Source: Emticicia agri (lineage in GTDB: Bacteria > Bacteroidota > Bacteroidia > Cytophagales > Spirosomataceae). Taken from it: a DNA stretch of 64,000 bases. The position numbers and the translations under genes were made by a program. The notes under the pieces were generated by a model that did no database searches, was not told where the DNA came from, and saw only the letters and a program-made list of their open reading frames with translations. The stretch lies in the NCBI GenBank assembly GCA_945860265.1, contig CAMAQF010000008.1, positions 3,810 through 67,809 of the forward strand, written 5' to 3'. Shown here in pieces: positions 46,612 to 56,676 of the stretch. The first letter of the stretch is position 1. The number at the start of each line of letters is the position of its first letter.

Positions 46612-48375
46612 TTAATTCAAATCCAATTCCACTTGAATCGACTTCACCTTTTCTTTTAAAGCCTCTAAAGTAGCATCAAATTCGTCTTTTTTATTCAATT
46701 TGGCTCTTACGCCTATGTAAAACTTGATTTTTGGCTCAGTTCCAGACGGGCGACAGGTAAATTTGGTCCCATCGGCCGTAAAAAATTGAAGCACATTCGA
46801 TGCTTCGATACCCATTTCCCCAGCTGGAATGGCTTTTTCTTCGTTAGTTTTTAAATCTTTTGTAATAAGAGATCTATAATCATCTGTGCGAATTATTTTC
46901 GATCCTGCCAATGATTTTGGTGGTTTCGCTCTAAAATCAAGCATCATTTGTTGTATTTCTTCTGCTCCAGTTTTTCCTTTCCTAGTTAATGAAATCAAAC
47001 CTTCATAGTAGAAACCATTCTTTTGGTACATTTCGGCCAAGAAATCAAATAATGTTAAACCTTCGTTTTTAGAAAACGCAGTTAGTTCGGCAATCATTGC
47101 ACAGCTTGCAATCGCATCTTTATCGCGTACTTTATCGCCAATCAAATAACCATAACTTTCTTCTCCACCGCCAATAAAGGTTTGTTTTCCTTCTAACTCT
47201 CTGATTACTTGAGCAATATATTTGAAGCCTGTAAGCGTATTATAGCAATTTACCCCTGCTTTTGCTGCCATTTCGTCAATCAAATCGGTTGTTACTATTG
47301 TTTTCGCTACAAACTCATTTCCGCTTAGTTTTTTTGCTTTTTTCCATGCTTTTAGTAAATAATATATTATCAAACTTGCTGCTTGGTTTCCATTTAATAA
47401 TTGCCATTCTCCTTTTGGGTCTTTTACTGCCATTCCCACACGGTCGGCATCAGGGTCGGTTGCTATTACCAAATCAGCATTGATTTCTCTCGCTTTTTTC
47501 AAAGCCAAACTCATTGCCTCTTTTTCTTCGGGGTTTGGATAAACTACCGTAGGGAAATTTCCATCGGGCGTGGCTTGCTCCTCTACTATATGAACATTCG
47601 TAAAACCCAGTTGTGCCAAAGCCTTCGGCACCATAGTAATACCAGTTCCGTGAATTGGAGAAAAAACAATGCTTAAATCTGATTGCTTTTTTATCATTCT
47701 TGGATTCACGCATATACTTTTTACAGCTTTCAAATAAGCCTTATCAAGTACTTCACCAATCATCTTGATGCGTTTCTTTACGCCTTTAAACTTAATATCT
47801 TTTACATTCGTAATAGCGTTAACTTCGGCCACAATATTTTTATCGTGTGGAGCAACAACCTGCGAACCATCTACCCAATAGACTTTATAACCGTTGTATT
47901 CACGTGGGTTATGCGATGCCGTGATAACTATACCACTTTGGCAACCCAACTGACGCACCGTAAACGAAAGCTGTGGTGTAGGGCGAAGCTCTTTATAAAG
48001 ATAAACCGTAATACCATTTGCCGAAAGAATATCGGCAGCTACGCGAGCAAACTCTGGTGAAAAATTACGGCTATCGTGTGCAATAGCTACTTTTATTTCT
48101 TGTCCAGCGAAGGTTTTGTTGAGGTAGTTTGCCAAACCTTGAGTAGCTGCACCAACCGTATATTTATTCATACGATTAGACCCAACACCTATTTCGCCAC
48201 GCATACCGCCTGTACCAAACTCTAAGTTTTTGTAGAAAGAATCAGTAAGCTGAGAACTATTTCCTTCATCTATTAGTTGCTGAATACTGGTTTTTGTATC
48301 ATCATCATATTTGCCTTTTAGCCAAGTTTTGATGTTTTTTTCTGCTGTTGTATCTAATTTAAGTGATTTTAGCAT
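46612..48375 (-). CDS. Phosphoglucomutase/phosphomannomutase family phospho-sugar mutase
   Basis: GIVITASHNPREYNGYKVY active-site Ser loop, DPDADR metal loop and GGEESYG sugar-binding loop. Confidence 0.85.
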   Translation of the reverse strand: MLKSLKLDTTAEKNIKTWLKGKYDDDTKTSIQQLIDEGNSSQLTDSFYKNLEFGTGGMRGEIGVGSNRMNKYTVGAATQGLANYLNKTFAGQEIKVAIAHDSRNFSPEFARVAADILSANGITVYLYKELRPTPQLSFTVRQLGCQSGIVITASHNPREYNGYKVYWVDGSQVVAPHDKNIVAEVNAITNVKDIKFKGVKKRIKMIGEVLDKAYLKAVKSICVNPRMIKKQSDLSIVFSPIHGTGITMVPKALAQLGFTNVHIVEEQATPDGNFPTVVYPNPEEKEAMSLALKKAREINADLVIATDPDADRVGMAVKDPKGEWQLLNGNQAASLIIYYLLKAWKKAKKLSGNEFVAKTIVTTDLIDEMAAKAGVNCYNTLTGFKYIAQVIRELEGKQTFIGGGEESYGYLIGDKVRDKDAIASCAMIAELTAFSKNEGLTLFDFLAEMYQKNGFYYEGLISLTRKGKTGAEEIQQMMLDFRAKPPKSLAGSKIIRTDDYRSLITKDLKTNEEKAIPAGEMGIEASNVLQFFTADGTKFTCRPSGTEPKIKFYIGVRAKLNKKDEFDATLEALKEKVKSIQVELDLN

Positions 48376-48729
48376 AACTAAATATCTATAGTTGAATATT
48401 TATATATAAAGATTTGAACAAATTAAAGCAAGTTTTTGATGTTTTTCAAGGATATCGAATATTATACATATACTTTATCAAAAATTACCCCAAAAATGCC
48501 AGTTCCAGCGTCTGGCATCATATTTTACAATTATCGCGTAGTGCTTTCAAATATATTTTATGCAGATAACTATTGTTTTACGGAAAGTCTAGATTCTCAA
48601 AAACTACTCATTATCAAATTTAATCTTAGAAACGTCAAGAAATTAAAAATAAAAAAATTTTAATTTATCAATTTTATCATAGAAATTTATGTTTTAACTT
48701 TAAACCAAACTCTAAAACAAGAATCAAAC

Positions 48730-49647
48730 ATGAAAATGTCATTAAAACCATTATTTGTTTTTTTTGTAGGATTATCACTGGCTTCGTGTGTTGCAAAAAA
48801 GAAATTGACAGCTTTACAATCTCAATATGACAAAGCCCAAGTCGATTTAGTAAAATGTGGTGATAACGTGCAAGACTACAAAGATAAACTTGAGCGTATG
48901 AGCAAATTGCAGCAAGAAAGCGAAGCTCAGAAAAACGCAACCCTTTCGACTGTGCAACAACGTGACCAAAAAATCAATGACTTGAACGACCAAGTTTTAG
49001 ATTTGAGAAAACTGCGTGATAAACAAATGGAGCAAGTAGGTAATCTGACTGTACTTTCAAAAACAGCCAACGATAATATCGACAAAACGCTATCGCAATT
49101 AGCTAATAAAGACAAGTACATCAATTTACTCCAAGCTGCTCGCACAAAAGCAGATTCTATCAATTTGGCTTTGGCCGTGAATCTAAAAAGTACGCTCAAC
49201 AATGGCCTCGACGACCAAGATGTAGAAGTAAAAGTTGATAAAACTGTGGTAATGATTAATATATCGGACAAAATGTTGTTTAGCACAGGAAGTTCGAAAA
49301 TCTCATCAAATGCCAATAATATTTTAGGGAAAATTGCACAAATCATTAAATCAAGACCAGAATTAGAAGTAATGGTTGAGGGTTATACCGACAATGTAGC
49401 AATCAATACAGATTGTATAACTGACAACTGGGATTTGAGCACAAAGCGTGCAACATCCGTAATACGAATATTACAACAAAATTTTGGCATTGATCCAAAT
49501 AAATTGATAGCGGCTGGTAGAGGTGAATTCAACGCTCTAACGAGCAATGATTCGGCAGAAGGACGTGCTACAAATCGCCGTACACGCATAATCTTGATGC
49601 CAAAAATCGATCAATTCTATGATTTATTGAATCCCGATAAGAAATAA
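48730..49647 (+). CDS. OmpA/MotB-domain lipoprotein with coiled-coil N-region
   Basis: Lipobox LASC and a Q/K/E-rich coiled coil. The C-terminal OmpA-like domain reads VEGYTDN...NWDLSTKRA...GRATNRRTRI. Confidence 0.8.
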   Translation: MKMSLKPLFVFFVGLSLASCVAKKKLTALQSQYDKAQVDLVKCGDNVQDYKDKLERMSKLQQESEAQKNATLSTVQQRDQKINDLNDQVLDLRKLRDKQMEQVGNLTVLSKTANDNIDKTLSQLANKDKYINLLQAARTKADSINLALAVNLKSTLNNGLDDQDVEVKVDKTVVMINISDKMLFSTGSSKISSNANNILGKIAQIIKSRPELEVMVEGYTDNVAINTDCITDNWDLSTKRATSVIRILQQNFGIDPNKLIAAGRGEFNALTSNDSAEGRATNRRTRIILMPKIDQFYDLLNPDKK

Positions 49648-49686
49648 TTTTAATCCATAATCAATCGGTGGCAATTCCTAAAAGGC

Positions 49687-49723
49687 AAACGAGGTGAATA
49701 TTTTAAAAAATCTCACCTCGTTT
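49687..49723. terminator. Bidirectional terminator between ompA-like gene and smpB
   Basis: aaacgaggtga ... tcacctcgttt, an 11-bp stem. Confidence 0.65.
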
Positions 49724-49743
49724 CATTTTCAAAACTTCATATA

Positions 49744-50199
49744 TCAATCTTCTCGCATACGCTCACGGGTTACGTCTCGTTCTTTGATGCTATCTCGTTT
49801 ATCGAATAATTTCTTACCTTTTGCCAAAGCAATATCTAATTTGGCAAAACCACCATCATTAATAAAAAGTCTTGTTGGAATTACAGTTAAGCCTTTATCA
49901 GTCAACTTATTAGCCAGTTTTTTCAGCTCTTTTTTCTTTAATAAAAGTTTTCTATCACGTAACGGAGTATGGTTGTAGTGCGTGCCTTGTTCGTATTTCG
50001 ATATATTTAAATTTTTTACAAACAATTCTTCTTTATCGAAATAACAGTAGGCATCTACCATACTGAATTTATTTAATCGTATAGATTTTATTTCAGTACC
50101 AGTCAAGACCATTCCAGCCGAATATTTATCCAAAAAGAAAAATTCAAAACTTGCCTTTTTATTAGTTACATCTACTTTTTTTGCTGCTTTTTCTGCCAT
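49744..50199 (-). CDS. smpB: SsrA-binding protein
   Basis: NKKASFEFFFLDKYSAGMVLTGTEIKSIR ... HYNHTPLRDRKLLLKKKELKKL is the SmpB signature. Confidence 0.9.
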   Translation of the reverse strand: MAEKAAKKVDVTNKKASFEFFFLDKYSAGMVLTGTEIKSIRLNKFSMVDAYCYFDKEELFVKNLNISKYEQGTHYNHTPLRDRKLLLKKKELKKLANKLTDKGLTVIPTRLFINDGGFAKLDIALAKGKKLFDKRDSIKERDVTRERMRED

Positions 50200-50275
50200 T
50201 TTTTTGCTTTCTATAAAAACCTTCTGCCTCTATACTTTTAGTGCCTTTGTGCGTATTTATCACAAAGTTACAAAT

Positions 50276-50310
50276 AAAAAAATCCCTACCTCAAAAATAG
50301 TGGTAGGGAT
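50276..50310 (-). terminator. Orphan intrinsic terminator upstream of the smpB promoter
   Basis: atccctacc ... ggtagggat, a 9-bp stem preceded on the plus strand by an A-run (a U-run for a minus-strand RNA). No ORF lies upstream on that strand. Confidence 0.45.
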
Positions 50311-50941
50311 TCCGACTTACGTGCTTTCCTAATAATCCATGTATAATCTCTATAATTGGATTCGACTCTAAAATGAGAATTTTTTTGAAAATTCTCGAAT
50401 TGGAATTCCCGATTCAGGTAACTTCTCAGAGCAAAGATAAATATTTTTAGAATAAAAAAAAGGTTGTTTTATTTTTCTTATCTAAAATGGGTATCTCTAA
50501 AATGGGTATCAAAAAACTTCATTTTAACTTTACTTTACAGAAAACTTTACTTTGAATACTTAATTAAATCTCAAATATTTTCTGTTTTTGAACTTAAAAA
50601 AACAAATTTTCTTTAGTGTATTAATCTATATGGCCGCTTAATTGCTATTTTACGACAATACTTTTTTTAAACTAAAAGTGTGCCAAACTTTCCAAAGATT
50701 TGATTAAACGGCATGTTTATGCTACAAACAATTAATAATCAACAAATAGATCTTAAAAAAGGTGTCAAACTTTCATGCCGTTAAAAAAAAATCTTGTAAG
50801 CTCCAAATCAGTAGTTCTTAATTTGCTAGAAATTTGGATTTTTCATTTATTTTTCGTATTTTTAATAAAAATTGTGATCAACTGAAAGAAACTTTTGATT
50901 GCGATATATAGTTTTTATAAGTAAATAAATTTTTTAGTCAA

Positions 50942-52192
50942 TTGTTCAAAGCACCCGTTTTTTCCACAGCAACGCAGCAAGAAACTGCAATTTTAGTTGG
51001 TCTCATCACGCAGAAGCAAAATGCTGAACGAACCAAAGAGTATCTAGATGAATTAGAATTTTTAGCCACAACAGCAGGCGTAATCACCAAAAGAGCCTTT
51101 ACGCAACGACTCGAACGTGCTGACCCTAAAACTTTTGTAGGAAAAGGCAAATTAGAAGAAATAAGAATTTGGCTCATTGAAAACCCAGTCGATAGTATTA
51201 TTTTCGATGATGACCTCACGTCTCCGCAAGTCCGAAACCTCGAACTCACATTTCCAGAAATCAAGATTCTTGACCGTAGCTTGCTGATTTTGAATATATT
51301 TTCGCAACGAGCTCAAACCGACCAAGCAAAGCGACAAGTCGAGCTCGCACAATATCAATATATGTTGCCTCGCCTTACCCGTATGTGGTCGCACCTTAGC
51401 CGACAAAAGGGTGGTATAGGTATGCGTGGGCCTGGTGAAAAAGAGTTGGAAACTGATAAACGTATCGTAAAAGACCGCATTGCGTTTTTGAAAGATAAAC
51501 TTGAAAAGATTGATAAGCAGAGTTTTACACGTCGAAAAGAACGTGACCAACTCGTACGCGTGGCTTTAGTAGGTTATACGAACGTTGGAAAATCGACTTT
51601 GATGCGTCGTTTGGCAAAAGCTGATGTTTTTGCTGAAAACAAACTCTTCGCCACAATCGACTCAACAGTAAGAAAGGTAGTTTTAGGAAATATTCCATTT
51701 TTGCTAACTGATACCGTTGGCTTTATCCGAAAACTCCCAACACAATTAATTGAGTCGTTTAAATCAACTTTGGACGAAATTCGTGATGCCGATATTTTGG
51801 TTCACGTAGTTGATATTTCGCATTCATCATTTGAAGAACAAATCGAGGTTGTAAACGTAACTTTGGCAGAAATCGAAGCATCTGAAAAATCAATGGTTCT
51901 AGTTTTTAATAAACTTGACCTCTTCAAGCCAGAATCTGAAGAGAACCTCGACGAACATCTCGAAACTATCACCGAAGATGATTTACAGAGAAACCTTGAC
52001 AAACTAAAAAATAGTTACCTCAAAAAAAACACAGAAAATGTTGTATTTATTTCGGCCGAACACAAAGAAAACTTAGGCGAATTACGCAAGGTTCTGATGA
52101 ATAAGATTCAAGAAAAACATTTCTTGATTTATCCGAATTGGGATCCAACCCAAAACCCAATGTATGATTGGCAGGGGGTTGAGCAAGAATGA
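50942..52192 (+). CDS. hflX: GTPase HflX
   Basis: HflX N-domain text (AILVGLI...DELEFLATTAG, QVELAQYQYMLPRL). G-domain motifs are GYTNVGKST, DTVGF and NKLD. The track start is TTG, so the exact start is uncertain. Confidence 0.9.
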   Translation: MFKAPVFSTATQQETAILVGLITQKQNAERTKEYLDELEFLATTAGVITKRAFTQRLERADPKTFVGKGKLEEIRIWLIENPVDSIIFDDDLTSPQVRNLELTFPEIKILDRSLLILNIFSQRAQTDQAKRQVELAQYQYMLPRLTRMWSHLSRQKGGIGMRGPGEKELETDKRIVKDRIAFLKDKLEKIDKQSFTRRKERDQLVRVALVGYTNVGKSTLMRRLAKADVFAENKLFATIDSTVRKVVLGNIPFLLTDTVGFIRKLPTQLIESFKSTLDEIRDADILVHVVDISHSSFEEQIEVVNVTLAEIEASEKSMVLVFNKLDLFKPESEENLDEHLETITEDDLQRNLDKLKNSYLKKNTENVVFISAEHKENLGELRKVLMNKIQEKHFLIYPNWDPTQNPMYDWQGVEQE

Positions 52193-54549
52193 TTAAACAA
52201 ATTATGGCAAAAGACAAACAAAAATCATATTATGACCAACTGAAAGCTGAAATATTAGCTTTTTTGTCGGTTAATCTCGAAAAACCATACACACTACAAG
52301 ACATAATTATACATTATGATGTAAAAAGTAAGCAAGAAAAAGCCCTTTACGGAATGATGATTGAAGCTCTTTTAGAGGAAGGAAAAATACATCAAACCGA
52401 AAAAGGAAAATATACTGTTGACGTAAACGCAAACGCAGTTATTGGTCGACTCGACCACGTAAATTCAAAATTTGGCTTTATCAGATACGACAACACTAAG
52501 CCAGACATTTGGGTGAGTGCCGACGACATGAATGGAGCAATTGATGGCGATTTGGTAAAGGCAACAACCTACGGAGAATTTTATAAGAAAAACGGAAATC
52601 CCGAAGGGTGTATCATCGATATTATTGAGCGTGGCAGAATAGAACTAGTTGGAAAAATTCAGGTTTTTGGCAATTATGCCGTCGTTCGTCCCGACCATAA
52701 GAATCTTCACGATGATATTTTTATTCCAAAAGATAAAATCAATGGTGCAACGAAAGACGATTTGGTTATCGTGAAAATCGTTGAATATCCAACCAAAATT
52801 CAACAAGGTGTTGGAGAAATTACCGAAATTTTAGGAAAATCGGGTGATAATAATGCAGAAATGCATGCAATTTTGGCCGAATTTGGTTTACCAATCAGAT
52901 TTGACAAAGCCATTGAAGCTGAAGCAGCGGCAATATCGGAACTTATTACAGAAGCAGAAATTGAGAAAAGACGAGATTTTAGAAATATTCTGACTTTCAC
53001 GATTGATCCGCACGATGCCAAAGATTTTGATGATGCTCTGAGTTTCAGAATACTCGAAAATCAAAATTATGAAATTGGTGTTCACATTGCCGACGTAACG
53101 TATTACGTGCAGGAAAGCACACGACTCGAAGAAGAAGCTTTCAACCGTGCCACTTCGGTATATTTGGTTGACCGCACGATTCCGATGTTGCCCGAGAAAC
53201 TCTCTAATAATCTCTGTTCGCTTCGCCCAAATGAAGATAAATTGACGTTTTCGGCGGTTTTTGAAATGACTCATGACGGTCGATTGATAAACGAATGGTT
53301 TGGTCGAACCATCATTCACTCTGACCAACGATTTAGCTACGAAGATGCACAAGATGTTTTAGAGGACGAAGAAGGCGATGTCCTAAATCCTATTACTGAG
53401 CCTGACGAAGTTCTAGAAAAGTACCGTTTCCCGCTACATACGCTCAATCATTTAGCAAAGATTCTAAAAAAAGATCGTTTCAGAAACGGAGCTATTAATT
53501 TTGAAACCAATGAAGTAAAATTCAAACTCGATGAAATTGGTAAACCGATTGGCGTTGTGCTGAAAATCAGAAAAGATGCCCACAAACTCATCGAAGAATT
53601 TATGCTCTTGGCCAATAAAAAAGTAGCGGAGTTTGTTTTCAAACTTAAAAATGAAATAAATTCAGAGGCTAATACAATGGTTTATCGTGTGCATGAGCCA
53701 CCAAATCCTGAGAAATTACAGAATTTTGCCAATTTTGCGGCACGTTTTGGTTATTCCATCAAAACGGATTCGGACAAAACCTTATCGAATTCGATGAACA
53801 AAATGATGGCAGAGGTTGAAGGAACTCCTGTACAGAATGTATTGGAACAATTAGCAGTTCGCACGATGTCAAAGGCTCGATATTCAACCGAACCCTTGGG
53901 GCATTTTGGCCTTGCTTTTGAGCATTACAGCCATTTTACGTCGCCAATTCGTCGTTATCCAGACATGATGGCTCATCGACTTTTACAACATTATTTAACG
54001 GCTTCGCCAAAAAATAGAGCAAATGTTTCTCATGAAGATTTTGAAAAAAAATCGAAACATTCATCCGACCGAGAAAAACTAGCTGCTGAAGCCGAAAGGG
54101 CTTCAATTAAGTATAAGCAAGTAGAATTCATGAGTTTGCAAGAACGCCGAACTATTTTTAGTGGCGTTGTAACTGGTGTAACCGATTTCGGAATTTTTGT
54201 AGAAATCACTTCCACAAGTTGTGAAGGAATGGTTCGTTTGGCTGATTTGAAAGATGATTTCTACGAATGGGATAGAAATAATTATCGAGTTGTAGGAAAA
54301 CGCACAGGTCGAGTAATCAACTTTGGCGATACCGTAAAAGTGACAGTAAAAGGCACTGACCTGGAGCGTAGAAGTATGGACTTAGAGTTAGTTGGTTTGG
54401 AAGGAAAATCATTGCAATTGAGCAATACGAAAGGGAGCAATCGAGATACTTCAAACAGCAGAGGAGGCCGCAGAGAAAAACCAAGTCGAACTGCTCGAAA
54501 AAGCAGCCGAACAAGCGATAAAGACAAAGGTAAACGCAAGAGAAAATAA
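52189..54549 (+). CDS. rnr: Ribonuclease R
   Basis: RNB catalytic text (FTIDPHDAKDFDDALS, VHIADVTYYV, RATSVYLVDRTIPMLPE, HFGLAFEHYSHFTSPIRRYPD), an S1 domain and a Lys/Arg-rich tail. The start overlaps the hflX stop (ATGA). Confidence 0.9.
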   Translation: MIKQIMAKDKQKSYYDQLKAEILAFLSVNLEKPYTLQDIIIHYDVKSKQEKALYGMMIEALLEEGKIHQTEKGKYTVDVNANAVIGRLDHVNSKFGFIRYDNTKPDIWVSADDMNGAIDGDLVKATTYGEFYKKNGNPEGCIIDIIERGRIELVGKIQVFGNYAVVRPDHKNLHDDIFIPKDKINGATKDDLVIVKIVEYPTKIQQGVGEITEILGKSGDNNAEMHAILAEFGLPIRFDKAIEAEAAAISELITEAEIEKRRDFRNILTFTIDPHDAKDFDDALSFRILENQNYEIGVHIADVTYYVQESTRLEEEAFNRATSVYLVDRTIPMLPEKLSNNLCSLRPNEDKLTFSAVFEMTHDGRLINEWFGRTIIHSDQRFSYEDAQDVLEDEEGDVLNPITEPDEVLEKYRFPLHTLNHLAKILKKDRFRNGAINFETNEVKFKLDEIGKPIGVVLKIRKDAHKLIEEFMLLANKKVAEFVFKLKNEINSEANTMVYRVHEPPNPEKLQNFANFAARFGYSIKTDSDKTLSNSMNKMMAEVEGTPVQNVLEQLAVRTMSKARYSTEPLGHFGLAFEHYSHFTSPIRRYPDMMAHRLLQHYLTASPKNRANVSHEDFEKKSKHSSDREKLAAEAERASIKYKQVEFMSLQERRTIFSGVVTGVTDFGIFVEITSTSCEGMVRLADLKDDFYEWDRNNYRVVGKRTGRVINFGDTVKVTVKGTDLERRSMDLELVGLEGKSLQLSNTKGSNRDTSNSRGGRREKPSRTARKSSRTSDKDKGKRKRK

Positions 54550-54674
54550 TTAAACATCTCGAATGTTTAGAAACATTTCTTTTTTATTAAGGTTTAGTAA
54601 ACTGGTAAGTAGCTAAATGACTATTTACCTGTTTATTGTTTACATCATTTTAAATCTACATTCTGATAAATTTT

Positions 54675-54703
54675 GTAGGAACGTCCAAATTGGACGTTCC
54701 TAC
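54675..54703. repeat. Perfect 13-bp-arm palindrome
   Basis: gtaggaacgtcca-aat-tggacgttcctac. Lies 29 nt upstream of the next start codon, with no T-run after it. Confidence 0.6.
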
Positions 54704-54731
54704 GGGTGAAAATTAAAACACTACATCAAAA

Positions 54732-55637
54732 ATGAATATTCTAATCACAGGTGGTACAGGGATGATTGGGCATCGACTCACCGAATTGCTTTTGGCAAAA
54801 GGTCATAAGGTTTCATACTTGAGTAGAAAGAAAGAAAAACTAACTAATGTGGAAGTTTTTCAATGGGATATTCAGAAAGGATATATCGAAGCAGGTGCTT
54901 TAGAGTCAGCTGATTATGTAGTGCATTTGGCGGGTGCAGGCATAGCTAATAAACGCTGGACTGACGAACGAAAAAAAGAAATCATTGATTCAAGAATTCA
55001 GCCTATTGATTTGATTAACAAGTATTTACAAGAAAAAAACATTCAACTTAAAGGTTTTATTTCAGCATCAGCTATCGGGATTTATGGCTGTAATACGGGT
55101 GATGTAAATTTAGATGAAAGTAGTGTTTTAGGAAATGATTTTCTTGCCGAATGCACCAAACTTTGGGAAATTCATGCTAAAAAAGTAAAAAATGCCGCTC
55201 GAATCATAAGCATTAGAATAGGCATTGTTTTGAGCGAAAATGGTGGAGCGTTGCCCAAGCTCGTTCAACCAATTCGCCTTGGTTTTGGGGCGGCTCTGGG
55301 AAATGGCAAGCAATTCATGTCATGGATTCACGTAGATGACCTTTGCGGAGTTTTCGTGAAAGCTATTGAAGTTGAAAAAATGCAAGGAGCGTATAATGCC
55401 GTTTCTCCAAATCCTGTCACGAATCAAGAAATGACAAGTGTTGCGGCAAAAGTCTTGAAAAAGCCACTTTGGTTGCCGAATGTTCCAAGTTTTGCATTAA
55501 AATTAGTTTTCGGAGAAATGGGAATTGTCGTAACTGGTGGCAACTTTGTGCTGAACAAAAGGCTTTCGCAAGAAACCAATTTTCAATATAAATTTATAAA
55601 TATTAAAGACGCTCTGAACGATTTGTTAGGAAAATAG
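54732..55637 (+). CDS. TIGR01777/YfcH-like NAD-dependent epimerase family protein (SDR plus DUF1731)
   Basis: MNILITGGTGMIGHRL; the length and C-terminal domain pattern are typical of YfcH. Confidence 0.8.
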   Translation: MNILITGGTGMIGHRLTELLLAKGHKVSYLSRKKEKLTNVEVFQWDIQKGYIEAGALESADYVVHLAGAGIANKRWTDERKKEIIDSRIQPIDLINKYLQEKNIQLKGFISASAIGIYGCNTGDVNLDESSVLGNDFLAECTKLWEIHAKKVKNAARIISIRIGIVLSENGGALPKLVQPIRLGFGAALGNGKQFMSWIHVDDLCGVFVKAIEVEKMQGAYNAVSPNPVTNQEMTSVAAKVLKKPLWLPNVPSFALKLVFGEMGIVVTGGNFVLNKRLSQETNFQYKFINIKDALNDLLGK

Positions 55638-55715
55638 TCAACTGTCCACGGTCGGCAGTCAACTTTTTAAACCAGCTAACTCATAACTCATAATTCAAAA
55701 CTCAGCACTCAAAAA

Positions 55716-56108
55716 ATGACTTCCATATTTTCAAGAATCATTGCAGGTGAAATTCCTTGCCATAAAATTGCCGAAAACGATCAATATTTTGCATTTTTAG
55801 ATGTATTTCCTTGTGCTTTTGGTCACGTTTTGGTTGTACCGAAACAAGAGATTGATTATCTATTCGACCTCAGCGATGAACTTTATGCAGGTCTCATGGC
55901 TTTTGCCAAACAAATTGAGCCAGCCATTCGTCAAGCAGTACCTTGCAAGCGTTTGGGTGTTGCCGTTATTGGCTTGGAAGTACCTCATGCCCATGTTCAC
56001 TTAATTCCGATGAACAGCATGAATGATATGAATTTCAATCACAAATTAAAACTTTCAGAAGAAGAACTAGCCGAAACTGCTGCCAAAATCAGGAGTTTTC
56101 TAAACTAA
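55716..56108 (+). CDS. HIT family (histidine triad) protein
   Basis: IFSRIIAGEIPCHKIAEND... and the HAHVHLIP histidine triad. Confidence 0.85.
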   Translation: MTSIFSRIIAGEIPCHKIAENDQYFAFLDVFPCAFGHVLVVPKQEIDYLFDLSDELYAGLMAFAKQIEPAIRQAVPCKRLGVAVIGLEVPHAHVHLIPMNSMNDMNFNHKLKLSEEELAETAAKIRSFLN

Positions 56109-56112
56109 TATT

Positions 56113-56394
56113 ATGGAAATTGTTTATGCCATTATCATAGCGATATTACCTCTGTTTTTATCGCTGAGAACTATTTTTTTGCTTCGTAAAAATCCAAAAG
56201 TATCTGATTTTATGAAAAGTATCATCAACGCCATTTTGGGCGGAATTATTTTGGTGTCAATCAGCGTAAGTGTGCATCATTTTATGAATCTTGCAGATGC
56301 AAAATCTAATATGAGTGTGGGCGTTCTGACGAGCGTACAAATAATTATGTCTGGCGTAGTATTTTTGGTTTCTCGGGTTTTGAGTCGGGTTTAG
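56113..56394 (+). CDS. Small hypothetical membrane protein (3 TM)
   Basis: 93-aa hydrophobic ORF, 4 nt after the HIT gene. Confidence 0.45.
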   Translation: MEIVYAIIIAILPLFLSLRTIFLLRKNPKVSDFMKSIINAILGGIILVSISVSVHHFMNLADAKSNMSVGVLTSVQIIMSGVVFLVSRVLSRV

Positions 56395-56454
56395 CAAAAA
56401 AGAATGTTTTTGAAATTATTTATAATTATATTTATTTATTAAAACAGGAATGAA

Positions 56455-56676
56455 ATGCCAACGCAAACTTTAATAATTGAAGCTGAAATTAATAAAATAA
56501 GAGCACTTAAAGCTTTTTTAACCGCATTTGGCATAAGCTATCGTACAGAAAAAACCAAGTACAGTGATACAACAGACTATTTATTGAGCAGTCAAGCCAA
56601 CAAAAACAGATTACACGAATCAATTGAGCAATTGAATAGCGGAAAAACTGAAGTTCACGGCCTCGTTGAATCATGA
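56455..56676 (+). CDS. YoeB-cognate antitoxin with YefM-like C-terminal toxin-binding tail and non-YefM N-terminal module
   Basis: The C-terminal TDYLLSSQANKNRLHESIEQLNSGKTEVHGL aligns with YefM [27 protein letters not shown]. The N-terminal 38 aa or so (LIIEAEINKIRALKAFLTAFGISY) are unlike Phd/YefM. The stop overlaps the yoeB start. Confidence 0.7.
   Translation: MPTQTLIIEAEINKIRALKAFLTAFGISYRTEKTKYSDTTDYLLSSQANKNRLHESIEQLNSGKTEVHGLVES

Noticed and set aside
50713-50784. 23-codon ORF MFMLQTINNQQIDLKKGVKLSCR as a Bacteroidota GG-type leader peptide or RiPP precursor.
   Set aside because: It has only a vague resemblance to the L..L...EL..IKGG leaders, with no GG cleavage motif and no core peptide after it. 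No maturation, export or radical-SAM genes are nearby. It is kept only as a detail of the spacer finding.
50200-50941. Possible tmRNA (ssrA) gene in the long spacer next to smpB.
   Set aside because: The spacer has no GC-rich tRNA-like acceptor or T-arm (no GGTTCGA-type T-loop, no ...CCACCA end) and no resume-codon/tag ORF pattern. It is uniformly AT-rich. The only resemblance, ggattcgactc at about 50358, lacks a complementary acceptor stem.
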